A DNA stretch of 64,000 nt from Gammaproteobacteria bacterium (GTDB lineage: Bacteria > Pseudomonadota > Gammaproteobacteria > SZUA-152). Under the pieces are notes generated by a model. That model did not search any database and had not been told where the DNA came from. It saw nothing but the letters and a program-made list of their open reading frames with translations. The position numbers and the translations under genes were made by a program. Shown here in pieces: positions 63,147 to 64,000 of the stretch (the first letter of the stretch is position 1; every line of letters begins with the position of its first letter). The stretch spans positions 43,936 through 107,935 of the forward strand of contig JAKIUF010000005.1 in NCBI GenBank assembly GCA_021647705.1, read 5' to 3'.

Positions 63147-63680
63147 CTACTTCTTCTTGGCTTCTTTACGGACAACATGCTCATCCGTATAACGAACACC
63201 TTTACCTTTGTACGGCTCGGGTGGGCGATAAGCGCGAATATTTGCAGCCACTTGCCCGACCTTTTGCTTATCAATACCCGTCACTACAATTTCTGTCTGG
63301 CTGGGCGTTTCAATACTGATGCCTTCAGGCACTTGGTATTCAACCGGGTGTGAAAAACCCAGTGACAAGTTCAGCTTTTTACCCTGTGCTTGCGCACGAT
63401 AACCCACACCGACTAGCGTCAGCTTTTTCTCAAAGCCCTGCGACACGCCTGTCACCATGTTATTTAACAAGGCACGGGTGGTGCCCGCCAATGCATTTGA
63501 GCTTTGCTCAGTATTGCGAGCAGCAAAAGTCAATGATGACTCTTCCTGACTGACTTCAACCAATTTATGAATTTCGTGATTCAACTCACCCTTGGCACCC
63601 TTCACTTTGACCAACTGGCCATTCAAGGTAACTTCAACGCCTGAAGGAATTTGTACCGGATTATTTGCAACGCGTGACAT
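63147..63680 (-). CDS. rplF: 50S ribosomal protein L6
   Basis: [33 protein letters not shown]... Confidence 0.95.
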   Translation of the reverse strand: MSRVANNPVQIPSGVEVTLNGQLVKVKGAKGELNHEIHKLVEVSQEESSLTFAARNTEQSSNALAGTTRALLNNMVTGVSQGFEKKLTLVGVGYRAQAQGKKLNLSLGFSHPVEYQVPEGISIETPSQTEIVVTGIDKQKVGQVAANIRAYRPPEPYKGKGVRYTDEHVVRKEAKKK

Positions 63681-63691
63681 TGTTCTCCTCC

Positions 63692-64000
63692 TTATGCAAC
63701 GTAGCAGATGACTTCGCCACCGTGGCCTGCTTTACGCGCAGCACGATCTGTCATCAAGCCTTTAGAGGTGGATACAACGGCCACACCCAGCCCGTTCATC
63801 ACAGAAGGCAGTTCATTTTTGCCTTTATAAACACGCAAACCAGGGCGGCTCACGCGCTTAATCATATCAATAACCGGCTTACCCTCATAATACTTAAGGG
63901 CAACTTCCAATACCGGCTTGCCATCGATATCCTGTGTGTTAACACCTGTGATATAACCTTCTTTCACCAACAAATTCGCAATTGCGATTTTCTTTGTGGA
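63692..64000 (-). CDS. rpsH: 30S ribosomal protein S8 (partial; N-terminus lies beyond the window edge)
   Basis: C-terminal ...[24 protein letters not shown]. Confidence 0.85.
   Translation of the reverse strand, partial: STKKIAIANLLVKEGYITGVNTQDIDGKPVLEVALKYYEGKPVIDMIKRVSRPGLRVYKGKNELPSVMNGLGVAVVSTSKGLMTDRAARKAGHGGEVICYVA

Noticed and set aside
1-64000. CRISPR arrays and rRNA genes
   Set aside because: No short direct repeats with regular unique spacers, and no rRNA-like segments, were seen anywhere in the window.

Overview
This is a roughly 50% GC gammaproteobacterial chromosomal segment. The left side (1-10.6 kb) is a glycine-cleavage operon (gcvT-gcvH-gcvPA ... gcvPB-dgkA) behind a tandem glycine riboswitch, with a YejM/PbgA-like sulfatase-family membrane protein sitting between gcvPA and gcvPB. 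From 10.6-15.9 kb there is an AT-rich block holding an orphan cytochrome bd subunit-I-like gene, a PAS-sigma54 enhancer-binding protein and a di-heme cytochrome c peroxidase. From 15.9-27.8 kb one minus-strand operon encodes a fully reducing single-module type I PKS (KS-AT-DH-ER-KR-ACP), an alpha-oxoamine synthase, an MMPL-type RND exporter, a LolA-like periplasmic protein and an outer-membrane beta-barrel. Together these look like a biosynthesis-plus-export pathway for an amino-lipid. It is bounded upstream by an 865-bp AT-rich region, followed by a PfkB kinase and an LTA-synthase-like sulfatase. Downstream of rlmI (36.6-45.7 kb) lies a chromosomal integron: intI and attI at 44.66-45.72 kb, with minus-strand gene cassettes including a VapBC pair and several hypotheticals. 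This region also contains a second degenerate attI/intI-5' copy, split IS91-family transposase fragments, three copies of a 110-bp TIR element, two copies of a ~300-bp structured repeat and REP-like 'GTAGGGTGG' palindromes. The right side carries gspC-D-E-F (type II secretion), two secreted DUF1566 proteins, prfC, tRNA-Lys(UUU), a YeeE/YedE transporter, and the tail of the spc and whole alpha ribosomal-protein operons (rpsH partial, rplF, rplR, rpsE, rpmD, rplO, secY, rpmJ, rpsM, rpsK, rpsD, rpoA, rplQ).
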